This document shows positions 55,383 through 64,000 of a stretch of DNA of 64,000 nucleotides, piece by piece (the stretch's first letter is position 1; each line of letters starts with the position of its first letter). The DNA lies in assembly GCA_023415495.1 (NCBI GenBank), contig JAEZKK010000023.1, forward strand, positions 145,323 to 209,322, given 5' to 3'. The notes beneath the pieces were generated by a model. The model made no database searches and was not told the DNA's origin. It saw only the letters and a list, made by a program, of their open reading frames with translations. This DNA is from Bacteroidota bacterium (lineage in GTDB: Bacteria; Bacteroidota; Bacteroidia; Bacteroidales; P3). The translations under genes were made by a program, and so were the position numbers.

Positions 55383-56135
55383 TTAGTTTGTTTTTGTCCT
55401 GTATTTTAGGGTATCTGTCCAGGATTTATAGATTTCTATTATCTCATCTTTTACCAAACCTTTCATTACCTTCATCCCTTTTAGCTCTATATATAGGTCT
55501 TTAATTTCTCTTGAGTGTTTGGTTGGACAGTTAAGGGAATTTGCAAGATAAGCCTCAAGCACCATTGGGTCAAGCTCTAATTCATATTCGCTAAGGACTT
55601 TTAATATTACCTTTGCTTTTTTAATACCAGAGGGTTGACGTAGTCCTGTCGAAATATTTATACCATTTATCAATTCCTCCAAAGCAATCTTAGCAATATC
55701 GGAAGGCTCCTCGATAAATTCCTGCTCTTTAGTTTCTATATTTATTACATTCCTTGTTTTAATCCATTCTTGGATATTCTCCTCACTGCTTGTCATTGCA
55801 ATTATTGCCTTAATTCCAAAAAGGTCTTCAAGCTTATAGGCATCGTTTGAATCCAAATCGCAACAAATAATAATATCCCTATTCGAGGATGAGCCTGTAT
55901 ATGTTTTAATAGTTTCAATCTTAATTGATAAATCACTTTCTGAAGGTCTATAACCGCTAAAAAGCCTATCAATATCAATCCCCGGAATAATATTACCAAT
56001 TAAATCAGTATCCTGCCTTGAGCGAACCACCAAAACAATCCTTTTAATATTCCCCAACTCCTTAGCAACCTCACAAGCATAATCAAAAACCCTCTCCCCA
56101 TGAGAATAAATATAAAACTTCTTTCCAATCATCAT
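55383..56135 (-). CDS. hypothetical cytoplasmic protein, N-terminal alternating beta/alpha (Rossmann-like) pattern
   Basis: 250 aa with its own -7 box (56153-56160). Hydrophobic beta-like runs (FYIYS, RIVLVV, DIIICCD, AIIAMT) alternate with helical segments. No motif I can name. Confidence 0.5.
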   Translation of the reverse strand: MMIGKKFYIYSHGERVFDYACEVAKELGNIKRIVLVVRSRQDTDLIGNIIPGIDIDRLFSGYRPSESDLSIKIETIKTYTGSSSNRDIIICCDLDSNDAYKLEDLFGIKAIIAMTSSEENIQEWIKTRNVINIETKEQEFIEEPSDIAKIALEELINGINISTGLRQPSGIKKAKVILKVLSEYELELDPMVLEAYLANSLNCPTKHSREIKDLYIELKGMKVMKGLVKDEIIEIYKSWTDTLKYRTKTN

Positions 56136-56152
56136 AATAATTATTTACCCTG

Positions 56153-56160
56153 CAAAGTTA
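56153..56160 (-). promoter_or_regulatory. -7 box for the 250-aa hypothetical gene
   Basis: CAAAGTTA equals TAACTTTG on the minus strand, 18 nt before the ATG. Confidence 0.5.
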
Positions 56161-56204
56161 CAACAAAAACCCTACACCACCCAAAGCATCAAGCCAACGC
56201 AATA

Positions 56205-56624
56205 CTATTCATCTTTCGTTACCAATCCCTTTGGTGGTTTGCGCATATTGTCGAATTTCATTTCTTTTATGGCTCTTGTTAGGGAACGTGCGGCTTTAAA
56301 GGTTACTTTTGTTGCTTTAACTTTCTTCGGATTAATATCTTTAGGGTCGTCATAGCCTTCACTGGTTACCCAAACTCCAAACACTCCAATCTTTTTCAAG
56401 TTTACATTTTCACCTTGCATTAAATGATATTCAATACGATTGGAAAGTGCAGCCACCATCCCCAATACGTCTGGTTCAGAGAAAGATGACATTTCTGACA
56501 CCTCTCTTACTAAAGTTTCTTCATCAACAACTCTTGATGTTCTTGGACATGCATAGTATTTTTCTACAACATTTCCCTCAGCATCTTTAAATTTTCTTTT
56601 CCAAATTCCGAATATTTTACTCAT
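56205..56624 (-). CDS. Bacteroidota-type long HU-like DNA-binding protein
   Basis: 139 aa. The central segment (L..G..V.L..IG.F.......G) resembles the HU beta-arm region. The layout matches the HU-related family restricted to Bacteroidota (from memory). Confidence 0.7.
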   Translation of the reverse strand: MSKIFGIWKRKFKDAEGNVVEKYYACPRTSRVVDEETLVREVSEMSSFSEPDVLGMVAALSNRIEYHLMQGENVNLKKIGVFGVWVTSEGYDDPKDINPKKVKATKVTFKAARSLTRAIKEMKFDNMRKPPKGLVTKDE

Positions 56625-56728
56625 AATCAGATAATTTTAATTTTATACTTAGTTTTAATCTTATTTATTCCCAATTCAAATTGAATTAATCCTATTTCAA
56701 ACTATTTATACAAGGTTTCTATCTCCAA

Positions 56729-56899
56729 TTCATATAATGATATAGCAAATATCATGCCATGAATTAGTTGAAATCATGGCATGAATTGGTCGGATTCATG
56801 GCATGATTCTAAGCAATTCATGGCATGAAATGGAGAACATCATGGCATGAATTCGTGTTCATCATGACATGATTCCGAGATCGAAATCAAATAAAAAAA
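56729..56899. repeat. element E: 7 x 22-bp TCATG-S-CATGA array (first and last units degenerate), paralog of D, upstream of the HU-like gene
   Basis: Core centres at 56735, 56757, 56779, 56801, 56823, 56845 and 56867. The right flank GAGATCGAAATCAAATAAAAAAAGTT...CTTGAT aligns with D's right flank. The left arm is degenerate (TTTCTATCTC versus GAGATCGAAA). Confidence 0.8.
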
Positions 56900-56938
56900 G
56901 TTAAAAACTTGATATAATTAGCTTTATACTTGATTTGC

Positions 56939-57709
56939 TTAGCGTTTAACTTGATTTTGTCTTGCAAATTCGGCACAAATTATCGAGGTTGCTATGCTTG
57001 CGTTTAGGCTTTCGATTTTTTGGTCTAAGGAAAAGCATGGTATGGTGATTGGATTGGTAATTAAAGGCAGGATTTCCTTGCTAATGCCGTGTGATTCGCT
57101 ACCTATTACTATTATTCCTTGATTTGGGAGGTCTTGGGTGTAGATATTCTTTCCTCCTTGCACAACGGTGCCAAAAACTTTATACTTCTTATCTAAGACT
57201 TTTAAATATTCCTCAAGATTTTGGCAAGTAACATTTACCCTAAAGAGGGAACCCATTGTGGATTGCACGGTTTTGGGGTTATATAATTCCACAGAATCTT
57301 CCGAACATATAATATCTTTTATACCAAACCAATCGGCAAGGCGAATAATTGTACCAAGATTGCCTGGGTCCTTAATTCCATCCAAAGCAATAACCAATCT
57401 ATTTTCGTTTTCAATAGGTTTGTTAGGAATATTCTCCAATAAGGCTATAACTTTATTAGGAGTGGAGAGATTAGATAGCTTTTGAAGCTCATCACTATTA
57501 ACAATATAAACCTCATCTGCAATATCTTTCAATTCCTTTTCCCTATCCTGAATATAATCCTCAAGAGCAAAAACAGCCAATATCCTCCTCTTGCTTTCTA
57601 TTAGCTCATCCACCATCTTAACTCCTTCAACCAAGAACCTACCCTCCTCTTTCCTATGCTTAAGCGATTTAAGCAACGAAATCTTTTTAATCAAAGCCTT
57701 TGAAATCAT
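56939..57709 (-). CDS. TrmH/SpoU family RNA 2'-O-methyltransferase
   Basis: SpoU motifs (LDGI.DPGNLGTIIR, IGSE..G) and an N-terminal substrate-binding domain. ATG at 57709 is used; the track's TTG at 57736 lies inside the -7 box. Confidence 0.8.
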   Translation of the reverse strand: MISKALIKKISLLKSLKHRKEEGRFLVEGVKMVDELIESKRRILAVFALEDYIQDREKELKDIADEVYIVNSDELQKLSNLSTPNKVIALLENIPNKPIENENRLVIALDGIKDPGNLGTIIRLADWFGIKDIICSEDSVELYNPKTVQSTMGSLFRVNVTCQNLEEYLKVLDKKYKVFGTVVQGGKNIYTQDLPNQGIIVIGSESHGISKEILPLITNPITIPCFSLDQKIESLNASIATSIICAEFARQNQVKR

Positions 57710-57733
57710 ATATTTTATTCGATTTATTATTTG

Positions 57734-57741
57734 CAAAATTA
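57734..57741 (-). promoter_or_regulatory. -7 box for the TrmH-family gene
   Basis: CAAAATTA equals TAATTTTG on the minus strand. Confidence 0.5.
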
Positions 57742-57763
57742 GGGTTTATGGGGGATTAATGCA

Positions 57764-57800
57764 AATAAAAAAACCCTCGAGTTTGTGAAAACCGAGGGTT
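57764..57800 (-). terminator. rho-independent terminator after rplI
   Basis: On the minus strand, AACCCTCG-13 nt-CGAGGGTT is followed by TTTTTTATTT. Confidence 0.75.
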
Positions 57801-57826
57801 AATATGATTATTATTATCTAAAAATA

Positions 57827-58276
57827 TTATTCTGCTACTACGTCGAAGCTAATTTCAGATTTAATATCTTTGTAAATAGAGATAATTGCTTTGTGTGTTC
57901 CAATCTCTTTGATTGTGTCAACAATATTAATTTTCTTTCTATCTACTTCGATATCAAATTGAGCTTTGATTGCTTCAGCAATTTGAATAGTATTTACAGA
58001 GCCGTAAATCTTACCATTTTCTCCTGCTTTTGCTCCAATTTTAAGTCCTTGGATTTTAGAGAATGATTCTACTAAGCTCTCAGCATCCTTACGAATCTTA
58101 TCTTCTTTGAATGCTCTTTGTTTTAGGTTTTCAGCTAAGATTTTTTTGTTAGATGAAGTTGCTACAACTGCAAATCCTTGAGGGATTAAATAGTTATTAG
58201 CGTATCCGTCCTTAACCTTAACTATTTCATCTTTATAACCTAATTTAATTATGTCTTGTTTTAATATAATTTCCAT
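57827..58276 (-). CDS. rplI: 50S ribosomal protein L9
   Basis: 149 aa beginning MEIILKQDI..LG.....V.VK.GYA.NYL.P.G.A. Confidence 0.95.
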   Translation of the reverse strand: MEIILKQDIIKLGYKDEIVKVKDGYANNYLIPQGFAVVATSSNKKILAENLKQRAFKEDKIRKDAESLVESFSKIQGLKIGAKAGENGKIYGSVNTIQIAEAIKAQFDIEVDRKKINIVDTIKEIGTHKAIISIYKDIKSEISFDVVAE

Positions 58277-58291
58277 CGAAAAATCTCCTTA

Positions 58292-58558
58292 TTATTTTAA
58301 TAAATCTGCTACATAAGGCATAAGAGCTAAGTGACGAGCACGTTTAACAGCTTGTGATACCTTTTTTTGATACTTGTTAGAAGTTCCGGTTAGTCTTCTT
58401 GGAAGAATCTTTCCTTGTTCGTTTACAAATTTCAAAAGGAAATCAGCATCCTTATAATCGATGTATTTAATACCGCTCTTTTTGAAACGGCAGTATTTCT
58501 TTCTTTGTGTTTCAACCGCAATTGGGGTTAAATATTTTATTTCAGTTTCGTTTGCCAT
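58292..58558 (-). CDS. rpsR: 30S ribosomal protein S18
   Basis: 88 aa. Motifs IDYKD...L..F....GKILPRR.TG and A.K.AR..A..P. Confidence 0.95.
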   Translation of the reverse strand: MANETEIKYLTPIAVETQRKKYCRFKKSGIKYIDYKDADFLLKFVNEQGKILPRRLTGTSNKYQKKVSQAVKRARHLALMPYVADLLK

Positions 58559-58579
58559 CGTTATTCAATTTTAAAAATA

Positions 58580-58960
58580 TTACTGAGCTAATTCTTCTCT
58601 TTTAGCTTGTGCAGCTTCTTGTTGTTTTCTTAAGCCACCTGAACGTTTCTTTTCGTTGTATGCTATTGCATGTTTGTCTAAAGAAACTGTAAGGAAACGT
58701 AGTAATTTCTCATCACGTTTGTAAGCTGTCTCTAAAGTAGCAATTACATCTCCTTCAGCTTTAAACTCTATTAGATAATAGAATCCAGTAGATTTCTTTT
58801 GAATAGGATAAGCTAATTTGCGCATCCCCCAATTGTTTTCGTAAACAATCTCAGCGCCACTTTCAGTCAATAAAGACTGATACTTTTTTACCGCTTCCTT
58901 TATCTGTTCATCAGATAAAACGGGAGTCATAATGAAAACGGTTTCATACTGTTTTACCAT
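58580..58960 (-). CDS. rpsF: 30S ribosomal protein S6
   Basis: 126 aa. Motifs YE..FI..P and WG.RKLAYPI. First gene of the rpsF-rpsR-rplI operon. Confidence 0.95.
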   Translation of the reverse strand: MVKQYETVFIMTPVLSDEQIKEAVKKYQSLLTESGAEIVYENNWGMRKLAYPIQKKSTGFYYLIEFKAEGDVIATLETAYKRDEKLLRFLTVSLDKHAIAYNEKKRSGGLRKQQEAAQAKREELAQ

Positions 58961-59018
58961 AGTAGTAAAAATTGTTTTGTTATTAATTTATTCGTTATTG
59001 TCTCAAGATTTGAGTTTG

Positions 59019-59026
59019 CAAAGGTA
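59019..59026 (-). promoter_or_regulatory. -7 box for rpsF-rpsR-rplI
   Basis: CAAAGGTA equals TACCTTTG on the minus strand. Confidence 0.5.
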
Positions 59027-59062
59027 CAAACTTTTTCTAAATCTGCAAGTAAAAAATTGAAT

Positions 59063-62000
59063 TTATTCGTTTTGACCGTGGCAGTTCTTATATTTTTTAC
59101 CACTACCACATGGACAAGGTTCATTTCTTCCAACTTTCTTTTCTACGTGCACTGGTTGTACCTTTTGAGGCTCCGATGGATTGTTTGCACTTAGTTCTTC
59201 TCTGCCTGTTTTCAAATTTTTTGTGTTAGATTGAGGTAAATCGGTTTGCTTAACTTCTTTTTCTCCTATTGGGAGAGATGCTCTGCAAAGGAATGATGTA
59301 ATGTCTTTATTTATTTCATTTATCATCTTTTCAAACAATCCGAATGATTCTAACTTATATATTAATAGAGGGTCCTTTTGTTCGTAAGAAGCATTTTGAA
59401 CTGATTGTTTTAAATCGTCTAATTCTCTAAGGTGTTCCTTCCAAGCATTATCTATAATATGAAGTGTAATACTTTTTTCTATTGATAATCCAATTTCCTT
59501 TCCTCCGCTTAAATAAGACCTTTCAATAGGAGCAATAGCATTGAACATCTTTACTCCGTCAGTTACAGGGAAAGCAATATTTTCATAAGTATAGTTCTTT
59601 GATTCATATAGACTTTCTACATAAGGAAAGGCTAATTTAGCTATCTTTTCCATCCTTGTATTATATGTAGAATAGACTATTTCAAATAGTTTATCAACCA
59701 AATCTGTTTTTCTATAAGAAAAGAATTCCTTTTCATTTTCAATAGGACATTCCATTCCTGTTATCTTCATAAATTCGTATTGGAAACCTTCAAAATCTTC
59801 TGCTTTTTGATATTCAGAGGCCATAAACTCAAGAGTATCATAAATCATATTTGAAATATCTATTGAAAGCTTATCTCCATACAATGCATTTTTTCTTTTA
59901 GTATAAATAACCTCTCTTTGGTTATTCATTACATCGTCATACTCCAATAGTCTCTTTCTTATTCCGAAATTATTTTCCTCAACCTTTCTTTGTGCTCTTT
60001 CAATACTCTTAGTCATCATAGAATGCTGAATCACCTCCCCTTCTTTAAGACCTAGCCTATCCATTACCTTAACCATTCTGTCCGAACCGAACAAACGCAT
60101 AAGATTATCCTCCAATGATACAAAGAATTGGCTGCTACCAGGGTCACCTTGACGTCCTGCACGACCTCTTAACTGACGGTCAACACGTCTTGACTCATGT
60201 CGTTCAGTACCTATAATTGCCAAACCGCCTGCATCCTTAACCCCTTCTCCAAGCTTGATATCCGTTCCACGACCTGCCATATTGGTTGCAATAGTTACTG
60301 TACCAGCTCTACCTGCTTCTGCAACAATATCTGCCTCCCTCTTATGAAGCTTAGCATTTAATACATTATGCTTAATCTTTCTCATTGTAAGCATCTTGCT
60401 TAAAAGCTCAGAAGTTTCAACCGATGTTGTACCAACTAAGACAGGTCTATTCTCTGATACTAATTTTTCAATTTCTTGAATAACTGCATTGAATTTTTCT
60501 CTCTTTGTCTTATATATTAAATCCTCTTCATCGTTTCTAGAAATAGGGCGATTAGTAGGAATTACTACAACATCCAATTTGTATATATTCCATAACTCTC
60601 CCGCTTCAGTCTCTGCAGTACCTGTCATACCTGCTAACTTCTTATACATACGGAAATAATTCTGAAGAGTAATTGTTGCGTAAGTTTGGGTTGCTGCCTC
60701 TACCTTAACGTTTTCCTTTGCCTCAATTGCTTGATGCAATCCGTCGGAATATCTTCTTCCCTCCATAATACGGCCTGTTTGTTCATCTACAATCTTTACT
60801 TGATTGTTTACAACCACATATTCCACATCCTTTTCAAACAAGGTATAAGCTTTTAATAATTGATTTATTGTATGAACTCTGTCCGACTGAACTGCAAAAC
60901 TTTGCATTATCTTATCCTTTGCCTCAGCTTTTTCGATTGGAGAAATATCTTGCTTTTCTAAATCAGCTATTTCAGAACCAACATCTGTAAGCATATACAT
61001 CTTAGGGTCTTCTCCAAGTTTTGCCAAATAATCCATACCCTTATCTGTAAGCTCAATTGAGTTTTGCTTTTCGTCGATAATAAAGTATAATTCATCATCT
61101 ATCTTATGCATTTCCTTATTTTGGTCCTGCATATAAAGATTCTCTGTTTTTAGGAGCAAAGCCTTAATACCTGGTTCTGATAAGAATTTAATTAATGCTT
61201 TATTCTTTGGCAATCCATGATATGCTCTAAGTAATAGTACTGCTCCTTGTTTTTCTTGTTCTGAGGTTCTGCCTTCTGCAAGAAGCTTCTTACTTTCAGC
61301 AAGTATTTGTGTTACAAAATTTCTTTGAACGTTATATAGCTTTTCGATTACAGGTTTAAATTGATCAAACTCTTGATCATCTCCCTTTGGAGTTGGTCCG
61401 GATATAATCAAAGGAGTTCTTGCATCATCTATCAATACTGAGTCAACCTCATCGACAATAGCATAATTATGTTTCCTTTGAACTATTTCATTTGTGTTAT
61501 TACACATATTATCTCTTAGATAATCGAAACCAAATTCATTATTAGTTCCATAAGTAATATCAGCATTATACGCCTGGCGCCTTTCTTCTGAATTTGGTTC
61601 GTGCTTGTCTATACAATCAACTTTTAATCCATGGAATTCAAACAACATACTATTCCATTCAGAGTCACGCTTTGCAAGATAATCATTAACTGTTACAACA
61701 TGAACTCCTTTTCCTGGCAATGCATTTAAATATATTGGCAAAGTTGCAACAAGAGTTTTACCCTCTCCCGTTGCCATTTCGGCAATCTTACCTTGATGTA
61801 AAACTGTTCCCCCTATAAGTTGAACATCATAATGTATCATGTCCCACTTAATCATATTGCCTCCTGCCATCCAAGAATTATCATAGTATGCTTTATCTCC
61901 AATAATATTCACATTATCTTTCTTTGAAGCAAGAAATCTATCGTAATCATTAGCTGTTACTTCAATTTTCTCATTTGTTGCAAACCTTTTAGCAGTTTCT

Positions 62001-62347
62001 TTTACTAAAGCAAATGCTTCTGGGAGAATTTCGTTAAGCACTGCCTGTGTTTTATCATATATGGTTTTCTCTAATTCCTCTATCTCATTATAAAGACTTT
62101 GTTTTAATCCAACTTCCATCTCTAATTCAGTATCTATTCTATGTCGGATTGAAGTAAGGCTTTCTTCTTCTGATTTTATTTTTTCTTTTATCCTTTGCTT
62201 AAACTCTTGAGTTTTTTCTCTAAGTTCATCATTACTTAAGTTTTCAACTTTTGCAGAGCTTTTCAAACATTGCTCCATTATTGGTTTCAATTCCTTTAAA
62301 TCTCTTTGAGATTTATTTCCAAACAATTGTGCAAGAAAATTTGCCAT
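59063..62347 (-). CDS. secA: preprotein translocase ATPase SecA
   Basis: 1094 aa. Motifs [36 protein letters not shown] and [10 protein letters not shown], plus a C-terminal zinc motif ([14 protein letters not shown]). Confidence 0.97.
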   Translation of the reverse strand: MANFLAQLFGNKSQRDLKELKPIMEQCLKSSAKVENLSNDELREKTQEFKQRIKEKIKSEEESLTSIRHRIDTELEMEVGLKQSLYNEIEELEKTIYDKTQAVLNEILPEAFALVKETAKRFATNEKIEVTANDYDRFLASKKDNVNIIGDKAYYDNSWMAGGNMIKWDMIHYDVQLIGGTVLHQGKIAEMATGEGKTLVATLPIYLNALPGKGVHVVTVNDYLAKRDSEWNSMLFEFHGLKVDCIDKHEPNSEERRQAYNADITYGTNNEFGFDYLRDNMCNNTNEIVQRKHNYAIVDEVDSVLIDDARTPLIISGPTPKGDDQEFDQFKPVIEKLYNVQRNFVTQILAESKKLLAEGRTSEQEKQGAVLLLRAYHGLPKNKALIKFLSEPGIKALLLKTENLYMQDQNKEMHKIDDELYFIIDEKQNSIELTDKGMDYLAKLGEDPKMYMLTDVGSEIADLEKQDISPIEKAEAKDKIMQSFAVQSDRVHTINQLLKAYTLFEKDVEYVVVNNQVKIVDEQTGRIMEGRRYSDGLHQAIEAKENVKVEAATQTYATITLQNYFRMYKKLAGMTGTAETEAGELWNIYKLDVVVIPTNRPISRNDEEDLIYKTKREKFNAVIQEIEKLVSENRPVLVGTTSVETSELLSKMLTMRKIKHNVLNAKLHKREADIVAEAGRAGTVTIATNMAGRGTDIKLGEGVKDAGGLAIIGTERHESRRVDRQLRGRAGRQGDPGSSQFFVSLEDNLMRLFGSDRMVKVMDRLGLKEGEVIQHSMMTKSIERAQRKVEENNFGIRKRLLEYDDVMNNQREVIYTKRKNALYGDKLSIDISNMIYDTLEFMASEYQKAEDFEGFQYEFMKITGMECPIENEKEFFSYRKTDLVDKLFEIVYSTYNTRMEKIAKLAFPYVESLYESKNYTYENIAFPVTDGVKMFNAIAPIERSYLSGGKEIGLSIEKSITLHIIDNAWKEHLRELDDLKQSVQNASYEQKDPLLIYKLESFGLFEKMINEINKDITSFLCRASLPIGEKEVKQTDLPQSNTKNLKTGREELSANNPSEPQKVQPVHVEKKVGRNEPCPCGSGKKYKNCHGQNE

Positions 62348-62372
62348 TTTATTTATATTTTATCTAATTGAT

Positions 62373-63875
62373 TTATCTATGTAATTGTTTATCTTTTCTA
62401 CTATATACATCTAACGCTAAAATTGCTGCAGTAAACATCCAAAACGGTATGCTTAATTTATCAGTATCAAGAAAATTGTTCAATACTCCATGAGTATAAT
62501 ATGTAACAAGACTCATTGTCAAATACAATGCCAGCAACTTAATATTGTCATCTATGGCATGTTTATATACTTTTATTCCTATTGACAATGTAGTTAGAAA
62601 AAGAATAAGCACACTTGCCATTCCTAATACTCCACTATCTGCTAATGCTCCAAAATATTCTGAATGTGCATTACCTAAATTCCCTGCATTTGTACTTATT
62701 GTCGATAACTGATATGATTTTTGGAATCCTGCATATTCAAATTGATATGTTCCAGGTCCCCATCCAAAGACTGGCTTTTCTTTAAACATTCTAAACACAC
62801 AAAACCATCTATTTAATCTTTCAACATTAGATGCGTCTGTTGTAATATTAGAAATAGAACTTATATGCTCAGTTATATTACCTGATGAATCCTGATTGTT
62901 TTTCTCTAAAATTTGTAGTATTGGAGTTTGAAAGGCGAAGAAAATAAAAGCTCCAAAAAACATTAAATAAAAAATAAGCCTGAGTTTAATTTTAAATTTA
63001 AGAATAAGGTAGATTCCAATAGCTGGAATAATACTTAACCATGCTGCTCGCGAATAAGACAGAATTAACCCTGAAATAAAAATAAATAATAGCAATAAAA
63101 AAAATAACTTTTGAGGTTTTGATATTTCTTTACTAATAATAAAGTAAAGAGAAAGAGGAATAAATAATGCTAATATTGCTCCATAAGCAGTGTGGTCATT
63201 ATAGAATGGTTGCATTATATAAAAGGAATATTGGAATTCAAATCCTCTTAGAGCAAATTTTAAACTTGAAATTATTACAATTATTGCAAGAGATATTGAG
63301 TATAAGATATAAAAGGTTTTTATTTTTTTTACATCTTTAAAAATCGGTATAATGGCTATGAAATAAGGTATAATATATACTATCTTAGAAAATACATATT
63401 TAAAAGAAACTAATTGATGAGTACTAGTAAATGATGTAATTATCATCCATATCATGTAAAAATATATAGATATAGATATCGGATGTTTTAATATCTTTGT
63501 ATTATAATTTCCATCTAAAAAGAATTTTATAAGATAAAGAATAGTAAATACAATTAAGAATGGTTCTGTAAGTATACTTATTGAGGTCGACTCACTTATT
63601 AATGTATTTACTGAAAAAGGAGTTAAAAAAGCAACTAAGTAAAGTACTTTATCGAGTTGATAATAGAATAATAATACTCCTAAAAAGAGAAGTGGAATAA
63701 ATCCGTAATTATAGTATTCATAATCTATATACGAATATCCGAACCCAATAAAAAGAGAACATAAAACAAAGATAATTAAATAGGTCTGAGTACTCTCATT
63801 TATCTTTTTCCAAGCTCTATTAATGGGATGTAAAAATACACTTAAGAAATTAAATATTTGATTAATTAATTTCAT
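62373..63875 (-). CDS. O-antigen ligase/polymerase-like (Wzy_C-type) membrane protein
   Basis: 500 aa with at least 10 transmembrane helices. The motif SYSRAAWLS followed by a periplasmic loop is typical of the O-antigen ligase family. Confidence 0.6.
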   Translation of the reverse strand: MKLINQIFNFLSVFLHPINRAWKKINESTQTYLIIFVLCSLFIGFGYSYIDYEYYNYGFIPLLFLGVLLFYYQLDKVLYLVAFLTPFSVNTLISESTSISILTEPFLIVFTILYLIKFFLDGNYNTKILKHPISISIYFYMIWMIITSFTSTHQLVSFKYVFSKIVYIIPYFIAIIPIFKDVKKIKTFYILYSISLAIIVIISSLKFALRGFEFQYSFYIMQPFYNDHTAYGAILALFIPLSLYFIISKEISKPQKLFFLLLLFIFISGLILSYSRAAWLSIIPAIGIYLILKFKIKLRLIFYLMFFGAFIFFAFQTPILQILEKNNQDSSGNITEHISSISNITTDASNVERLNRWFCVFRMFKEKPVFGWGPGTYQFEYAGFQKSYQLSTISTNAGNLGNAHSEYFGALADSGVLGMASVLILFLTTLSIGIKVYKHAIDDNIKLLALYLTMSLVTYYTHGVLNNFLDTDKLSIPFWMFTAAILALDVYSRKDKQLHR

Positions 63876-64000
63876 TTTGAGCCTTAACAGCTTTAGTCCT
63901 GTCTCTTAAAATCAATACAAAAATAGCTAAGAATGTGCAAGAAATACCTCCAATAATGGCGATAATTGAACGTTTTGGTTTGTCTTTCAAATCCGCTGGA
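63862..64000 (-). CDS. C-terminal end of a polysaccharide chain-length-determinant (Wzz/GumC-like) protein; 5' part lies outside the window
   Basis: Manual translation of the minus strand gives PADLKDKPKRSIIAIIGGISCTFLAIFVLILRDRTKAVKAQNEIN-stop. P.KPKR followed by a transmembrane helix is the usual Wzz C-terminus. The stop overlaps the next gene's start by 14 nt. Confidence 0.4.
   Translation of the reverse strand, partial: PADLKDKPKRSIIAIIGGISCTFLAIFVLILRDRTKAVKAQNEIN

Noticed and set aside
56161-56204. A conspicuously C/A-rich tract (G/T-rich on the transcribed strand) right after the HU-like gene stop; considered as a G-quadruplex or structured 3' UTR.
   Set aside because: It has only three G-runs and no convincing stem. 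It is most simply an irregular terminator or spacer, and there is too little evidence to call a feature.
1-64000. Looked for a prophage, integrative element, IS, defence island or toxin-antitoxin pairs.
   Set aside because: There is no integrase, transposase, phage structural, restriction, Cas or toxin-like ORF, no tRNA attachment site, and no compositional break visible by eye. The window reads as core chromosome apart from the small non-coding elements.

Overview
AT-rich (about 30% GC by eye, not computed) chromosomal segment with Bacteroidota hallmarks: TAnnTTTG -7 promoter boxes in front of most transcription units, a T9SS C-terminal sorting domain, the DUF4290-murA pair and a long Bacteroidota-type HU-like protein. 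I call about 55 CDS, almost all housekeeping. They include queE, folD, ffh, clpB, umuDC, a recQ-family helicase, rfbC, lpd, dnaA, ribD, prmC, GTP-PEPCK, a uvrD-like helicase, murA, rarA, pdxJ, recJ, ettA, a second ABC-F, tonB, tcdA, purQ, rnhB, rpsF-rpsR-rplI and secA, plus an O-antigen-ligase-like gene with a Wzz-like fragment at the right edge. dnaA, a 393-bp AT-rich gap carrying DnaA-box-like 9-mers, and a switch in coding strand near 20-22 kb suggest the window spans the replication origin. I see no rRNA, tRNA, CRISPR, transposase, integrase or recognisable defence or toxin cassette, and no convincing novel protein-coding system. The unexplained signal is non-coding. Five intergenic elements (about 1.8-2.06, 11.1-11.4, 22.76-23.02, 39.02-39.20 and 56.73-56.90 kb) each hold 3-7 tandem units with an exact 22- or 23-bp period. 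Every unit carries a dyad-symmetric 11-12-bp core, and the cores fall into three sequence families related by compensatory changes. The arrays are framed by inverted repeats or hairpins. In two copies a canonical Bacteroidota promoter box that serves no CDS reads into the array. They look like minisatellite-bearing MITE-like elements (from memory, comparable to the BrickBuilt element of Porphyromonas gingivalis). The preserved dyad symmetry and helical phasing suggest a dimeric DNA-binding partner or a structured transcript. Secondary observations are an internally deleted but still open umuC relic downstream of murA, a ClpB with no N-terminal domain, and umuDC embedded in a tightly packed dnaA-led gene string. 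All protein calls rest on motif recognition in the supplied translations; no database search was possible.
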